Origin: Thraustochytrium aureum
Lineage: Eukaryota
Direction: 5' to 3'
DNA: 64,000 nt
Assembly (NCBI GenBank): GCA_012862495.1
Contig: BLSG01000402.1
Span: 247,701-311,700 of the forward strand
Shown: piece by piece, positions 33,180-44,864 of the stretch
How the letters are laid out: each line of letters opens with the position of its first letter
Position numbering within the stretch: the stretch's first letter is position 1
Translations under genes and position numbers: made by a program
Notes under the pieces: generated by a model
Seen by the model: only the letters and a program-made list of their open reading frames with translations
Databases searched by the model: none
Told to the model about the DNA's origin: nothing

Positions 33180-34889
33180 ATGAGCCTTGGGAAAGCACAG
33201 GCGTGGGCGAGCCCAGTCGACGGTGACGAGGAGGAGTCGGAGGCCGTGGGGCTTGTCGCGAACAACGTTGTGAAGGGCAATGGCTCGTCAGGGCTGCGCA
33301 GCTTAGTCACTGCGCTCGCTGCCATCGTGTTCATTTTTGTCGGCTTGGCGGCCCTAGGTCGCGACGACGGAGATGTTAGCGTAAATTTGGCGCAGCCGGC
33401 GCGGCCGACAGCGAGCAACACCGACGTGGCACGCCCAGCCGAGCCGCATGATGTGCTCGAAAAGCCGCTGTCCCCTCCGAGCCCCCAAGACGAAGATGAG
33501 ATCGACGCCTTCGACTCGGAGGAATCAGGAACGGACGAGGCCGAGAAGGACGCGACTGATGACTGGGAAGCGGTAGATGGAGAAACGAAAGCGCCGCAGT
33601 CAGACACCGATGACTGGGAAGCGATAGATGGAAAAGCGACTGCGCCGCAGTCAGGCAATGGCGGTCTGGAGACAGAGCAGGACGGCAACTTGACCATGCC
33701 CAAGCCAGACGACGCCAGTTCACAGAATGGGCTGGACGACAGTCCGAAAATGGTCCAGATGGACGAATCCAACCTGGAAACAGAGCTGGCAAGGTTGCAC
33801 CCCAAGAAAAGCGGCGAAAAGGAGTTGGCTGGGTTGGTCGGCCGCCAGCTGGAACTGACAGAGTGCGACCCCAGGAACGAGTTTTACAAGGAGATGCAGA
33901 TCCCCTCCAAGTGCTTCAAATTCAACCTGTTTTTCATCAAGGGCCCCAAGGTGGGCTCGTCCACGATGGGGGGTATTGCTCGTCGCGTGGCGGCGCGTTT
34001 CGGAGTCGGGTGCGTGTACTGCCGCATCTCCAATGCGCTGGATGCACGTAGTCCCAAAGTTTATGCCAATCACGTCAAGTTGGCCAAGGTGCGCAGTGCG
34101 CAGAAGCACTTGTCTGGTGATACCTTTCGGTTTAGCTTGGCGCGAGACCCCGCCGAGCGCTGCCTGAGCGAGGTGTACGCGTTCCGCTTTTCAAAAGCAA
34201 CTTGTAAGTTTCCGCCACCAGTGTCGGCCGAACGGAATCCTCTCCGCTTGAGAGCAGAGCACGCTGACAGCCGACCATTTATCACTGTTCCGCAGATCAC
34301 AAGGCCATGACGGGTCTCGAGATCGTGAGATACGCCAAGGGCAAGTGCAAAAACACCGTCACCAAGTACATGGATTTCGAAGACCCCGGCTCGCGAAGCC
34401 TGATGGACTTTGTGGGCATCACGGAGCGCTACAATGAGTCGCTCCTCGTTATGGCGTACATGATTGGCCTCTCGATCGGCGACCTTCTGTACATTCCTGC
34501 AAAGGTCAGCGCAGAGCAACACGTTGTTCACGGCGTTCGTGTAGAGAAGCACATTCCTCTGAAGGACCAACCGCAGTTCGTGCAAGACTACTTTTAAGGG
34601 CGAGTTCCTCACGCAGAACAAGATGGACTATGATGTTTATTACGAGTCCAACGCCCGACTCGACAAGCTCATCCAAGACATTGGCGTCGAGCGCTTTGGC
34701 GTTCAGCTCGCTGCATTCAAGGCGCACCTCGCCACTGCCGGGTCGGTCTGCAGTCTCTTCGACGAGAATGGCGTTCGTCTCCACGGCTACAACCAAAAGT
34801 GCTACTATGCTGACAATGGCTGCGCGTACCACTGCTTGAATCGCTTTGCGACAGAGAACGGTCTGTGGACGCCTGTGCATCTTCTCTGA
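33180..34889 (+). CDS. Type II membrane (Golgi-type) sulfotransferase, galactose-3-O-sulfotransferase-like; intron 34204-34295; extra T at ~34595
   Basis: TM, acidic stem, 5'-PSB FIKGPKVGSST, 3'-PB ARDPAERCLS, DFVGITERYNESL, then N-K-M-D-Y-x-x-Y after frame correction. Confidence 0.8.
33554..33655 (+). repeat. In-frame 51-bp duplication in sulfotransferase stem
   Basis: TDDWEAVDGETKAPQS followed by TDDWEAIDGKATAPQS. Confidence 0.8.
34204..34295 (+). other. Spliceosomal intron (92 nt)
   Basis: GTAAGT donor, GCTGAC branch point, CGCAG acceptor; joins KAT-Y-HKAMTGL in frame. Confidence 0.9.
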
Positions 34890-35067
34890 GACCGGCTGGG
34901 CGAACGGGATCCAGCTAGACCGGCCAATGCGGGCTAAGGACTTCGGCAATGAGAGTAGTGAGTGGCCAAAGTAGCGAGCGTGTAATTTGCCATCAACGAG
35001 CCAACGCTATTCGCAGTCTTCCGCTTCGCCAAGGAACCGCCGTTCCTCCTCTACGGCTCCTCAACCA

Positions 35068-35129
35068 CCACCAACCAACCAACAACTTTCTTGGCAACCA
35101 CCAACCAACCAACCAGTTCCTTGGCAACC
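35068..35129. repeat. 30-bp tandem repeat, 2 copies
   Basis: ccaccaaccaaccaac(aact/cagt)t(t/c)cttggcaa pattern repeated. Confidence 0.8.
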
Positions 35130-36304
35130 TGGCAGACGCGTCCGTCCGTCGCGTGACCTGCATGACACTTTGATTGAAGTTGCCTGTCACCATCGCTCCA
35201 AGGATAGACAGACAGACAAACAGACAAGATCCCTCTGCCTTTGGGAGCCCTCGCAGACTTTTGCTCGACGCGGTGGCGCACAACGGGCCCTGCTTCATCT
35301 TGCTCCAGCTCGTTCGGAGCCACCTGACGAGGTCAATCAAGTGACCATCACAGGCACCGTGGTGCAGCGTTTGAGAGGCGCCTGCCCCCTCAACCGAACG
35401 CTAAGTGCGGGCCTCCCCAACTACCGTAAACCCTATGAACTCCTAAGCCCCGCTGCAGCAAGCACAGCGCTCACCGTACAACACAAACGCTAACATTTGA
35501 ACCAAGGAAGTCTTCGTTTATTCGTAGGACAGAGCTCAACGCGCCCAACGGCTATGTGCGCCAGAGCACGAGACCGTTGGTTGGTGCCCTGCCTCCAGCC
35601 CTAGCTAGAGCTAGAGAGCGCGCAAGTGCCATGGCATATGGCATCTCTGGCTGCGCTCAGCAGCGGCAGCAGCGGCGCTCACGGCCAGAGCCATGGTTCG
35701 ACTCGATTGGTTTGCAAGACGGTTTGATTGATCGCACAACAAATGCCGCACTCTCCTCTGTTCCACTCTGTTGAAGGCCGAGGTCGCAATTCTGCTCTGC
35801 TCCCCCGCTCACACACCGGGACCGCTCGCACTCAGGTTTCAACGGTTGTGCCGCGTGAAGCGAGTGTCTCGGTTCGGCCTTGCGTTTGTTGAAAGGCTGC
35901 CGAGCGCTGCGGAATCGAAAGAGTGCCGCGGATGGACGGCCCGATGCGTCGGTGGCCCGTCGGAGGCTTGCCGCTCCACGTCGACGTTGCCTCGCTGCCG
36001 GGGTCGACGTTGCTACTCAGGGCGAAAGGATCAGCGCCGAGCCTCCTCACATTTTAAACGGTCACTTGGAGGGGAAAAGCTCCATCGCGAATGAGTAGGG
36101 AAGAGTGTCTCGGTGCACTTTGCCTCTTGCGCGCTTTCACGATGCAAAAACGTACATGCAAAGCCGAGCGAGGCCGTGGACGTCCACCCGATCGCGGGCA
36201 CGCAGCCACAGCACCCCGCGACGCAGAGCCGGAAGAAAGACCAGCCAAACGCGAGCCGTAACAAGCAGGCAAGCAAACAACGCACGAGCACAACAGACAA
36301 CGCC

Positions 36305-39300
36305 ATGGAGAATTCCGCGGGCGCAAGAATCTGCACCAAGGAGGCATGGACGATGGAAGGCGACAACGCGGACGACCAGCGGTATATGGCGCTGCTGCAC
36401 AGCGTGATCCAGGTCTCAGACGCGCTTAAAGCTCCGGTGCTTCACCGCGGGGTTCAGGTGCTGTTCGAACGCCATAGCTCGTCCACAAACGACGGCGTGG
36501 CGCGCGTAACGTCGAATGGCTTCCTTGCCCTCGCCTTTGGCGCGAATATTGCACCGCACCTCCTAAGCGGGATTCAGGTCCTGCAGTGCGTGGAGGCTTG
36601 CCTGGGCGGGCGTTCCAAGAAGCCCAAGCTGCAGAGCAAAATCACTGGCCTCTTCTTCGACGAATTTGTCGAATGTATAGCTCGCCTTGCGATCGAGATC
36701 TTCCCCGGCGTNNNNNNNNNNNNNNNNNNNNNNNNNNNNNNNNNNNNNNNNNNNNNNNNNNNNNNNNNNNNNNNNNNNNNNNNNNNNNNNNNNNNNNNNN
36801 NNNNNNNNNNNNNNNNNNNNNNNNNNNNNNNNNNNNNNNNNNNNNNNNNNNNNNNNNNNNNNNNNNNNNNNTCAATCCCGAGACCCGCGTCGAGAGCTGC
36901 GCCACCCCAGCAACCCAATCCGCAACGCAACACGCGCCCACAAACGTCGCCCCAAGCACGCTCGAAGCGCCTGACAAGCGCAGGCGCAGCCCGCGTTCCG
37001 CGAGTGTGGCCGCCAAGGTGCGCAACGCCGGCTCGCGACCAACCCCAGCGCTTCGGCGAAAAGCAAGCATTCTACTGTCAGAGCCCACATCGCCCAACCC
37101 GAAAGAGGCGCGTCGAGCTGCTCCAGATTCGAGCGGAAAAGACCGCTTCCTAGCCAGAGTGGAGGCAGACCTCGACTACAGAAACCAAAAGTTGCAGCGG
37201 TTACGACGAGCATCGGCGCCGTCGCTCACCAGCGTGCGCAAGAAGCCAGAGGACCAACAGGCCGCCAGCGTGCGGCTGTCCTTGTCCCGGCACCGCCACT
37301 TCGAACGGTACAAGGCCAAATACGACAAGCTCCGCTGCTGCGATCCTGCAACCGGCCAGCCTCTATTTCAACCACTCCTAATCGCAGCGGAGCACGGTCC
37401 GCCTTCGGCAAAGCGCCATGAACTCGACCCGGGGGCGTCCGATGAGGGCTCTCTCGCTGGGAGCGGCTGCGCAAGCTCGCTCGAAGACGACGCGGGCAGC
37501 TCCCACAAGGCGCGTCGCCATGGATCCCGCTTTGAGCAGCTCTACGAACAAGCCATCGAGGCGCGCCAAGCGGAGGCGCACGCCCAGCAAGCGCGTGACG
37601 AGGCCGCGAAGCGCGCGGCGAGCGCTCCAAAGGTCACAGATCGTAGCCGATACTACTTTGAGTCGCGGCTATTGCGCGAGCTCTCCGACGCCTACCTACA
37701 AGCCAACGACGAGAGCGCGCTGGCCATGCCCACCAGCAGATGCCACCACCTGCTCTGCGGCATACTCGGCGCCCGCACAGAGCAACAGATGACGAAGGTC
37801 CGAGGTCACCATGCGGAATCTAGCCGGGACTCGCGCGAATCGGCAATGATCAACCGGCTTCTTGCAACCCTCGACCCCGACAGGTCTGGAACCGTCACCT
37901 TTGCAAACTATATGTCCTTCGTAAAGCGTCTCGTCAGCGCGGACCCCTGCCTCGACTGTGGAAGCGATGCGGACGCAGACGAGGAGCGTGAGCCGAAAGC
38001 CCCGACGCGCCGACCTGGCGCGTCTGGCCGCGACGTGCGGTCCAAGGCCCGTGACGCCGCGCAAGACCTCTTTGAAAGCGACAGCACTGCTACCAGCGAA
38101 TGCCAGTCCTCGCTGCACTGCGTTGACGAGTCGCAGCGCATCCTGTACGCGCAAGTGCGTCAGCGCTACATCGCGCAGCGCTCCTTCGTGGAGGCGGCGA
38201 AGCGGGGTCGTGGTCTTCCCGAAGTGCACAGCTTCGCGCCAGAGCTTTGCCCTCGATCGCGGGTTCTGGACTCGGCCCGTCGTGAGCGGACTGGCCGAGC
38301 TGGGCATGTCAAGCGGGAGGCAGAGCTGATTCACCACGGCGAGGCGGTCCGCGAAGCCGTTCGGCTTCGCCAGGAGCAAGCTGCTCAAGCCGCCCTGAAT
38401 GGGTGCACGTTCCAGCCAGAGATACACGCCTTCAAGAAGTCGACGCCTGCCTACACGGTGGAGTTGACACCAGCGGTAGGAGCCGCCCGAAACGTCAAGG
38501 TCCACGGCCCCCCGAAAGCGCGACGCCCGAGCTGGCAGATGGTTGACGTGGAGAGCAAAGACGCCAGCGAAGAGCTCGACCACTTTGTCATTGGAGGGCG
38601 CGCCGTTTTATCTCCGCGCCTGACGCCGCAGTCTGCCGTCGCCGACGATGAGGGCAAGCCCAGGTACATGCGCAGTACTGCGCAGTCGAAAAACCTTGCT
38701 CGCTCGCGTGCGAGTCTGCCTGGGTCGCAAACGCTCCCCGTTGCCGATAAAGCAGATGTCCGGCAGTCACCCTCAGCAAAGTTGCGAAGGCGCAGAGCGA
38801 GCTCCGTCGGTAGTGTGCTATCGTGCGGGTCTTATGCAGCCCGCGCGGAAATGCTGAACAAATCTCACTGCGGCAAAGACTCGGGGCCCCGTCCCTCCAG
38901 CAGCAACCGCAACGTCGGCGCACACGCCAGCGAAGAGGAGTCTGATGACTACAGCCACTTTGACTTTGCAGCTTGGGACCGTGAGATCTCCAACAGTGAT
39001 GTGAGTGGCACGGAGGCCAGTGAACCAAGTACGGCGGGAACAGAAAAGGAGAATAACCTGGCCTCATGCGAGGGCTCAGTAGAGGACGAGGAGCACGACG
39101 ACTGCGTGGTCATGTTCGTGGATGTGCAGCTCAAGAATCGCTCAGAGCGGATTGCTGTCTACGAGAACGAGGACCTGCGCAAGGTTGCTGCGCGTTTTGC
39201 AGCGATTCATGAGCTCAATTCGGGGATGGAAGAGCAGCTCTTTGAGCACCTGGAGCACCTCGTTGGGGACCATGGCGAGTGCGGGCACGAGTGCTACTGA
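36305..39300 (+). CDS. Large low-complexity protein with EF-hand-like motif and FxP repeats (possibly cytoskeletal/flagellar); spans gap
   Basis: Long ORFs on both sides of the gap. LDPDRSGTVTFANY, LFQP/SFAPEL/CTFQPEI, C-terminal FVDVQL...RIAVYENEDL...FAAIHEL. Confidence 0.65.
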
Positions 39301-39390
39301 GAAGAAACGAGCGAGCTGGGCCAGGGCTTGCCCTCGGTGATCGAACTTTGTTTTACAAATCTACAGGAATTGTTCTAGCTAGCTACTAGA

Positions 39391-41145
39391 TCACGATAAT
39401 AAATAACGCAAAGCCGCGGTAATGCGCGTTGCAGTGTTCTCGTTGGCCTCATCGTTCTGGGGTTGGTCACCTACAGCGCCAGCGGAGCTGGAAGCAGGGA
39501 CAAAGTTGCCGTTTGCGAGTGGTGCCGCGCCCGCGTGCGCAACGGCCTGCAGCGAAGGCGAGGTCGGCCCCGCTCGAGTTTGCGACGACGCTTTTCCACC
39601 TGGGCCGCTGTTCGCATCAGCACGGTGCTCGTTGTTGCCCTTTTGGCCGGCCTCCTCGTTGGCCTCGTCCTCCTCGTCCTCCTCATCCTCTTCGTCCTCC
39701 TCGTCCTCTTCGTCCTCGTCATCATCTTCGTTTACAACACCGTCATTGTCAAAGCCGCTGACAGAAAGCTCAAGCAAACCGCTGCTTGAAACCTGCTGAG
39801 CTGGCACTCTGCTACCAAAAGTGGCCAGGACGTCCTCGATTGACCGTGCAAGGACAACGTTGCGAGGGTCAACGCCGATCTGCTCTGGCTGTCCGTCAGA
39901 AAACGCGATGTCAAAGAGGCCATTCGGTTGTTGCCGGTCCACTAGGCAGTCCGACAAAAAGCATCGAGCCTCTGCGCTCCAAATGAGGAATTGCTCCCCG
40001 CCGAGCTCATCCGCAGTGGAGGCAAGCGCTGGGAGCTGGGCCGGTGCGAGGTGCTCAAGGACTCGGGCCACCGTCGCGCAGGAGGGGCGGCGCGCCGGGT
40101 CCTCGCTCCAGCACATCGTAACGAGCTTGGCCAACGCGACGGGAACATCCGACTCGATGGGTGGCCTGTACTTGTTAAGGGCGACCTGCTTGAACAGCTG
40201 CGGGATTCCCCAGGTTTTCGGGTGCGGGCTCTCGCGGTGCAGCACCTCCCAGAGCAGCACACCGTACGAGTAGACATCGATCGAATTCGTGATCCGAGGC
40301 ACGTCAGCGCGAAGCAGCTCTGGAGCCATAAAAGAGGGAGTGCCGACACGAGCAGAGTTGGTGAATGTCAGTGATGATGGCGAGTGCATTGAGGTCGCAA
40401 TTGCTACGCCGAGGTCGCAGATCTTGGCCCGGCCGGTAAAGTCGACCAGCACATTCGCCGGCTTTATGTCAAAGTGGATCAGGTTGCGGCTGTGGAGGAA
40501 CGCAAGTCCAGACGCGACCTCGCGCGCCCATACCAGAGCCGTGCCCATTGGTGCCATGTTTGCCTCGTTGCGCAAGACGTCCTTGAGGCTGCAAGCGGCC
40601 AGCTCCATTGTGAGCAAGCGCCGGAACGACACACCATCGACGTCCGTGAGAATCGCAGTCCCGTACAGATCCACCACGTGCGGATGTCGAATCCTCTTGA
40701 GGTTTTCAAACTCTTTCTCGAACTCGGCGTTTAGCTTAGCCTCGCGCTCCCGCTCCTCCTCCTCAAAGGTTCGGCCAGTGTCGCGCTCATCGTGGTCAGC
40801 GGCGCTCGCCTGGTGCCTGATGTTGAGCTCCTTCACAGCCACAGGGAACCCGCAGTACGACGCTACGTACACGGAGCCGTTGCCGCCTCGTCCCAGTTCC
40901 TGCCCGATGCTCAGCTGCTCGGCGTCGATTTTATAGTCATCCTCATGCGACTGGTCTGCGAGGACTTGGATGCCTTCGAATGGCTCGAGCTTCTCGCCGT
41001 CGCTCTCGTGTATCCAAGCCACAGAGAAGCAAAAGCACCAGGTCGAGGCCTTGATCTCGTGCGTCGGTTCGCTTTTCTTCAGCCCCGCCAACAGCTCCCT
41101 GTGCTGCCGCAAGCGCTCCGCTCGGGCGTTCTTGATCGTCTGCAT
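39391..41145 (-). CDS. Tyrosine kinase-like (TKL) protein kinase
   Basis: LGRGGNGSVY, VAVK, HFDIKPANVL, DLG, GTPSFMAPE, DVYSYGVLLWE, CWSEDPARRP; acidic C-terminal tail. Confidence 0.93.
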   Translation of the reverse strand: MQTIKNARAERLRQHRELLAGLKKSEPTHEIKASTWCFCFSVAWIHESDGEKLEPFEGIQVLADQSHEDDYKIDAEQLSIGQELGRGGNGSVYVASYCGFPVAVKELNIRHQASAADHDERDTGRTFEEEEREREAKLNAEFEKEFENLKRIRHPHVVDLYGTAILTDVDGVSFRRLLTMELAACSLKDVLRNEANMAPMGTALVWAREVASGLAFLHSRNLIHFDIKPANVLVDFTGRAKICDLGVAIATSMHSPSSLTFTNSARVGTPSFMAPELLRADVPRITNSIDVYSYGVLLWEVLHRESPHPKTWGIPQLFKQVALNKYRPPIESDVPVALAKLVTMCWSEDPARRPSCATVARVLEHLAPAQLPALASTADELGGEQFLIWSAEARCFLSDCLVDRQQPNGLFDIAFSDGQPEQIGVDPRNVVLARSIEDVLATFGSRVPAQQVSSSGLLELSVSGFDNDGVVNEDDDEDEEDEEDEEDEEDEEDEANEEAGQKGNNEHRADANSGPGGKASSQTRAGPTSPSLQAVAHAGAAPLANGNFVPASSSAGAVGDQPQNDEANENTATRITAALRYLLS

Positions 41146-42093
41146 TCCACGCCTCCGCTCGCCGCCGCCTTTCACCAGCAGCGCAGCGGAAGCCAGGCCT
41201 CTGCTTCAACTCGTGTGCCGCCGGCTTGCTCGGCGGCGGGACTCCAGTGGCGCAAGAGCCGCGACCTCGACTCGTCGCACCACCAGGCGTCGGTCGCCTC
41301 CAGGCCAGCTCGCCAGCCGAGGTGCTGTCTCGCGTGGGCGCAAGCCGGGCCTTGTCTTGTCGCGCAGTGTCCTCGGCCCTGGTCCGCAGGCCACGTGCGC
41401 GTCCGGGCCTTTCGGGGTCTGCCGCAACGCGCGCTTCTGCCGTGCACACTGCTGCTGGTCCTGCTGCTGCTGCTGCTGCTGCTGGCGAGAATGGAGGGCG
41501 GCGCCATGGACGGTGCGCTGGTGGACGAGAGCTGCTGCCCCGACGGCGTCTTTTTCCTGCGGCTCGACCTCGAAGCGCATCGACCAGGGTGTCCTGCGCG
41601 CACGGCGCTGGTGGCCGCGAAGCTCGAGCACAAGAAAGTGGAGCTGGTTGGGGGAGGCAGGTGTTGGCCATGGCGGCCGGGCTGGGCGTGCGCAGCACGC
41701 CTCTTCCGATGGACCACACCAAGCCGTGCTCCCTCGAAGCCCATCTGGCCGCCAGCGGCAAGTGCCGCTCGCAAGCAACGAGGGATGGGGAAGGTCGCGG
41801 ATGATGCTGCGATGCGCCATCCCCGCCTCGCGACAGAACACAGCGGGTTCACCAGGTCACTCGATTGAGCAACACGCAGGTGTTCAAGGAGCTGTACTTC
41901 GAACGGATAGGCGTATCTTCGCGCGCGACACAGGCGTGCTGGCCAGGCATGCTGGCCAGGCGCAGCCGGCAAGCATCGATAGGCGCGCCGCGGGAGTCGC
42001 ACTAGCGACGGCAGTTCGAAAGCGCGCTTCGCGCGGATCGATGCGAATTGGAGAGTGGCCCGCGAGACAGTCAGTGTTCACGACCCGCCACGC

Positions 42094-43485
42094 ATGACAC
42101 AAGCACTCGAGCTCGCTGCCGTGGTGCTGCGGACACCGAGGACCGCGAAAGAGTTCGCCAGCGCCTTTGCTGCGTTTGTGGAAGAGCTAGACCGTGAAGT
42201 AAATGTGGAGGTTGAGGGCAAAGCTGACCGGGAAAGCAAGGCTGCGGAGCTGGACAAGGCGAGGCAGGCGACTGTTTTGGCGGCGCTCGCTCGGGGCTAC
42301 GGCTGCAGGCTTGGGCCACAGGACGCGCTAGAGCTGGTGGACAATGACGTTGGCGAGGCAGTCAATGCGCTTGCAGACGCGCTCCTGGTCCTGCGTGACG
42401 AGCCTTCGCTCCAACCAAGCGAGCGAGCGGAGGACGCTGGCGTTCTTGTCGGTGCTCTGCATGCGCTTGGCTTCGCCTCCACGCTGTTCAGGAGCGGCCT
42501 CGGGGAGGAGCTAGCCACGCACGAGCCCGCGCGCCTCAACCCTTTCGAGCCGGAGCCCGTCGGCGCGCCTGCGATGGTCGAAATCTCTTTGCAAAAGCGA
42601 ACAACAGCCTTTGCGGCGCACATAGGCACCGTGTACGCGCGCACGTTCAGCCGTGGGGCGATCGCGGTCGCGGGCGAAATTATTGGCTGCGCATTTTTGG
42701 CGAGCCGAGGTTGCCCATGCGACGGCGTAGTCGACGCTGCCGCACAACTTGCGCGGCTCGCCACGTCAACGATGCAAAGCGCTCGCAGTGTACCGCAGGC
42801 CGAGCGGTATGCCAAGGGCATTGGGACAGCGTTCGCTGACTGCTCTTGCCTAGCCTGGTTTATAGTGCAGAAGGCGAGCTCGTCTCGACGAAAGCTGCGC
42901 CTCGCTCGCCAAGCTCCTATCGCGGAGGATATTGCAGTTTCGCTCCAAGCTGCATCACTCAGCGCACAGGCTGACGCTGCCCGCGTGGCGCGGAATCTTG
43001 AAGAGGCTGCCAACGTGATCCCCGTGGACTTGTTGCTCGCGGTTCTGGAGCTGCCCCCAACCCTGGTCTGCCCGCAAGTATTTGATCGAGCCGTGAGGTT
43101 AGCCGTGAACCTTGACGTGCTGGGCTCTGGCTCCGCAGGATTGGCGCACCGCGAGGAAGATTGCGGGGGCCACGGGCTGCCAGCCACGCGCGTCGAGCAG
43201 CGCCTTCGCTGGTACTGGGAGCGGCAGCTCTCAGCCAGCGATCGCGCGCACGTGCGAGAGCTGCTCGACAGCGGCTACCGCCGCATGGTCATGCCGTTCG
43301 CGGCAGAGTCGCAGCTTGTGAGCATGTTTGCGCAGCAGGCGGCGGCTGATCCTGGCGCTGCCAAGCCGTCGCGAGCTGCCCGCGAGAGTGCGAAGGGACG
43401 TGGTGCGGGCGCGCCAGTGCCACAAGCGAGCGCAGACGAGCAAATGATCAAGCTTGCCGTAGGAGAAGACTCGCACAGCAGATGA
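42094..43485 (+). CDS. Hypothetical alpha-helical protein
   Basis: 463-aa ORF with protein-like composition; no motif recognised. Confidence 0.65.
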   Translation: MTQALELAAVVLRTPRTAKEFASAFAAFVEELDREVNVEVEGKADRESKAAELDKARQATVLAALARGYGCRLGPQDALELVDNDVGEAVNALADALLVLRDEPSLQPSERAEDAGVLVGALHALGFASTLFRSGLGEELATHEPARLNPFEPEPVGAPAMVEISLQKRTTAFAAHIGTVYARTFSRGAIAVAGEIIGCAFLASRGCPCDGVVDAAAQLARLATSTMQSARSVPQAERYAKGIGTAFADCSCLAWFIVQKASSSRRKLRLARQAPIAEDIAVSLQAASLSAQADAARVARNLEEAANVIPVDLLLAVLELPPTLVCPQVFDRAVRLAVNLDVLGSGSAGLAHREEDCGGHGLPATRVEQRLRWYWERQLSASDRAHVRELLDSGYRRMVMPFAAESQLVSMFAQQAAADPGAAKPSRAARESAKGRGAGAPVPQASADEQMIKLAVGEDSHSR

Positions 43486-43576
43486 TGATCATCTGATTTG
43501 GTTTTGTATCGTAAAGTTTTTAAAAAACCCGCAGTTTATCCCGCCTTCGCCTCAGCAGCGCGGGCTCGGAGCGAGC

Positions 43577-43889
43577 TCAAATCCAGTCCCCGCCGTCCCC
43601 GCCGCCGCTGTCGCCTCCACTGTCGCCGTCACCGCCGCCGCCGCCGAAAAAGGAACCCACGATCGAGCGGCCCACTCCAGCGCCTATGCCAAAGGCTGCC
43701 CCTTCTGCCATCGTCCGGCCGAGGCTAGGCTGCGCATAGCCGCCGCCTTGGGCAACGTTTGTGGAGGCGTACCCAGGAGGAAGTTCGCCGAGCGCTGTCG
43801 TCTGGTTGGTTTCCGTGTTCCAGAAATACACCAATCCGCTCTGCTTGTCGACGACTGGCCGCCACGGCCCGTACTGCGCGGGCGGCGGG
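43577..43889 (-). CDS. Small WW/OCRE-like domain protein with CHCHD2-type glycine-zipper segment; 5' end in gap
   Basis: PWRPVVDKQSGLVYFWNTETNQTTALGE, then LGRTMAEGAAFGIGAGVGRSIVGSFFGG. Confidence 0.7.
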
Positions 43890-44307
43890 NNNNNNNNNNN
43901 NNNNNNNNNNNNNNNNNNNNNNNNNNNNNNNNNNNNNNNNNNNNNNNNNNNNNNNNNNNNNNNNNNNNNNNNNNNNNNNNNNNNNNNNNNNNNNNNNNNN
44001 NNNNNNNNNNNNNNNNNNNNNNNNNNNNNNNNNNNNNNNNNNNNNNNNNNNNNNNNNNNNNNNNNNNNNNNNNNNNNNNNNNNNNNNNNNNNNNNNNNNN
44101 NNNNNNNNNNNNNNNNNNNNNNNNNNNNNNNNNNNNNNNNNNNNNNNNNNNNNNNNNNNNNNNNNNNNNNNNNNNNNNNNNNNNNNNNNNNNNNNNNNNN
44201 NNNNNNNNNNNNNNNNNNNNNNNNNNNNNNNNNNNNNNNNNNNNNNAAAAACCAACCAGATCAGGCAGGCCCTGACCCGCTGAGCGCGTGCTGCCTATCT
44301 GCGTGAC

Positions 44308-44390
44308 TTCCTGCCTGCGTGCCTGCCTGCCTGCCTGCCTGCCTGCGTGCCTGCCTGCGCGCCTGCCTGCGTGCCCGCGTGTGCCTGCCG
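44308..44390. repeat. Imperfect (CCTG)n microsatellite
   Basis: cctgcctgcgtgcctgcctg... tract. Confidence 0.85.
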
Positions 44391-44692
44391 CGCTCTTTCG
44401 AGACTTCCGTCCGCGTCTGTTGCACGTGGAAAAAGCACAATGTGCGTGGCGCCGCTTCAGGACAACCCGCGCGCACTTTTCACACTCCTTCGAGAACCTA
44501 GTTTCGTTCGCTCGCACAGATCAGAGAGGGCTTCGTGCGTACCTACGCACATCTTAGGGTTCAGGGGAACGCGGGGCGGGCTGTTTCGAGGCAGCGGAAC
44601 GCGGGTGCGCGTTGCGGGCTTTTGCTCAGGGGAACGCGGGTGTGCGCGCGAGCGCCAGAGCCAACCAACTGGGGCACCTCGCAGATGGGCAC

Positions 44693-44730
44693 GCAGGCAG
44701 GCAGGCAGGCAGGCAGGCAGGTAGGCAGAG
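44693..44730. repeat. (GCAG)n microsatellite
   Basis: gcaggcaggcaggcagg tract. Confidence 0.85.
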
Positions 44731-44864
44731 GCAGAACGCGGAGGAGACTCGGCAGACGCGCAGGCGGGCAAGGAGGCGGGCAAGGAGGCGCGCAGGTCGT
44801 GGAGGAGGGCCCCGTTCGTTCGCGCAGGGCTGCTTGCTTGGTCGTGGTCGGTTGCGGACTGCGG

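Noticed and set aside
35430..35465. RNase MRP/P RNA terminal motif on the - strand (GCGGGGCTTA)
   Set aside because: No matching upstream GAAAGTCCCC-type partner for the P4 helix
35648..35716. tRNA or tRNA-derived SINE (GGTTCGACTC B-box-like)
   Set aside because: T-stem and acceptor stem do not pair; no cloverleaf
41490..41870. Degenerate P-loop gene fragment (KKVELVG..AGVG)
   Set aside because: No GKS/T, needs several frameshifts, and the similarity is too weak
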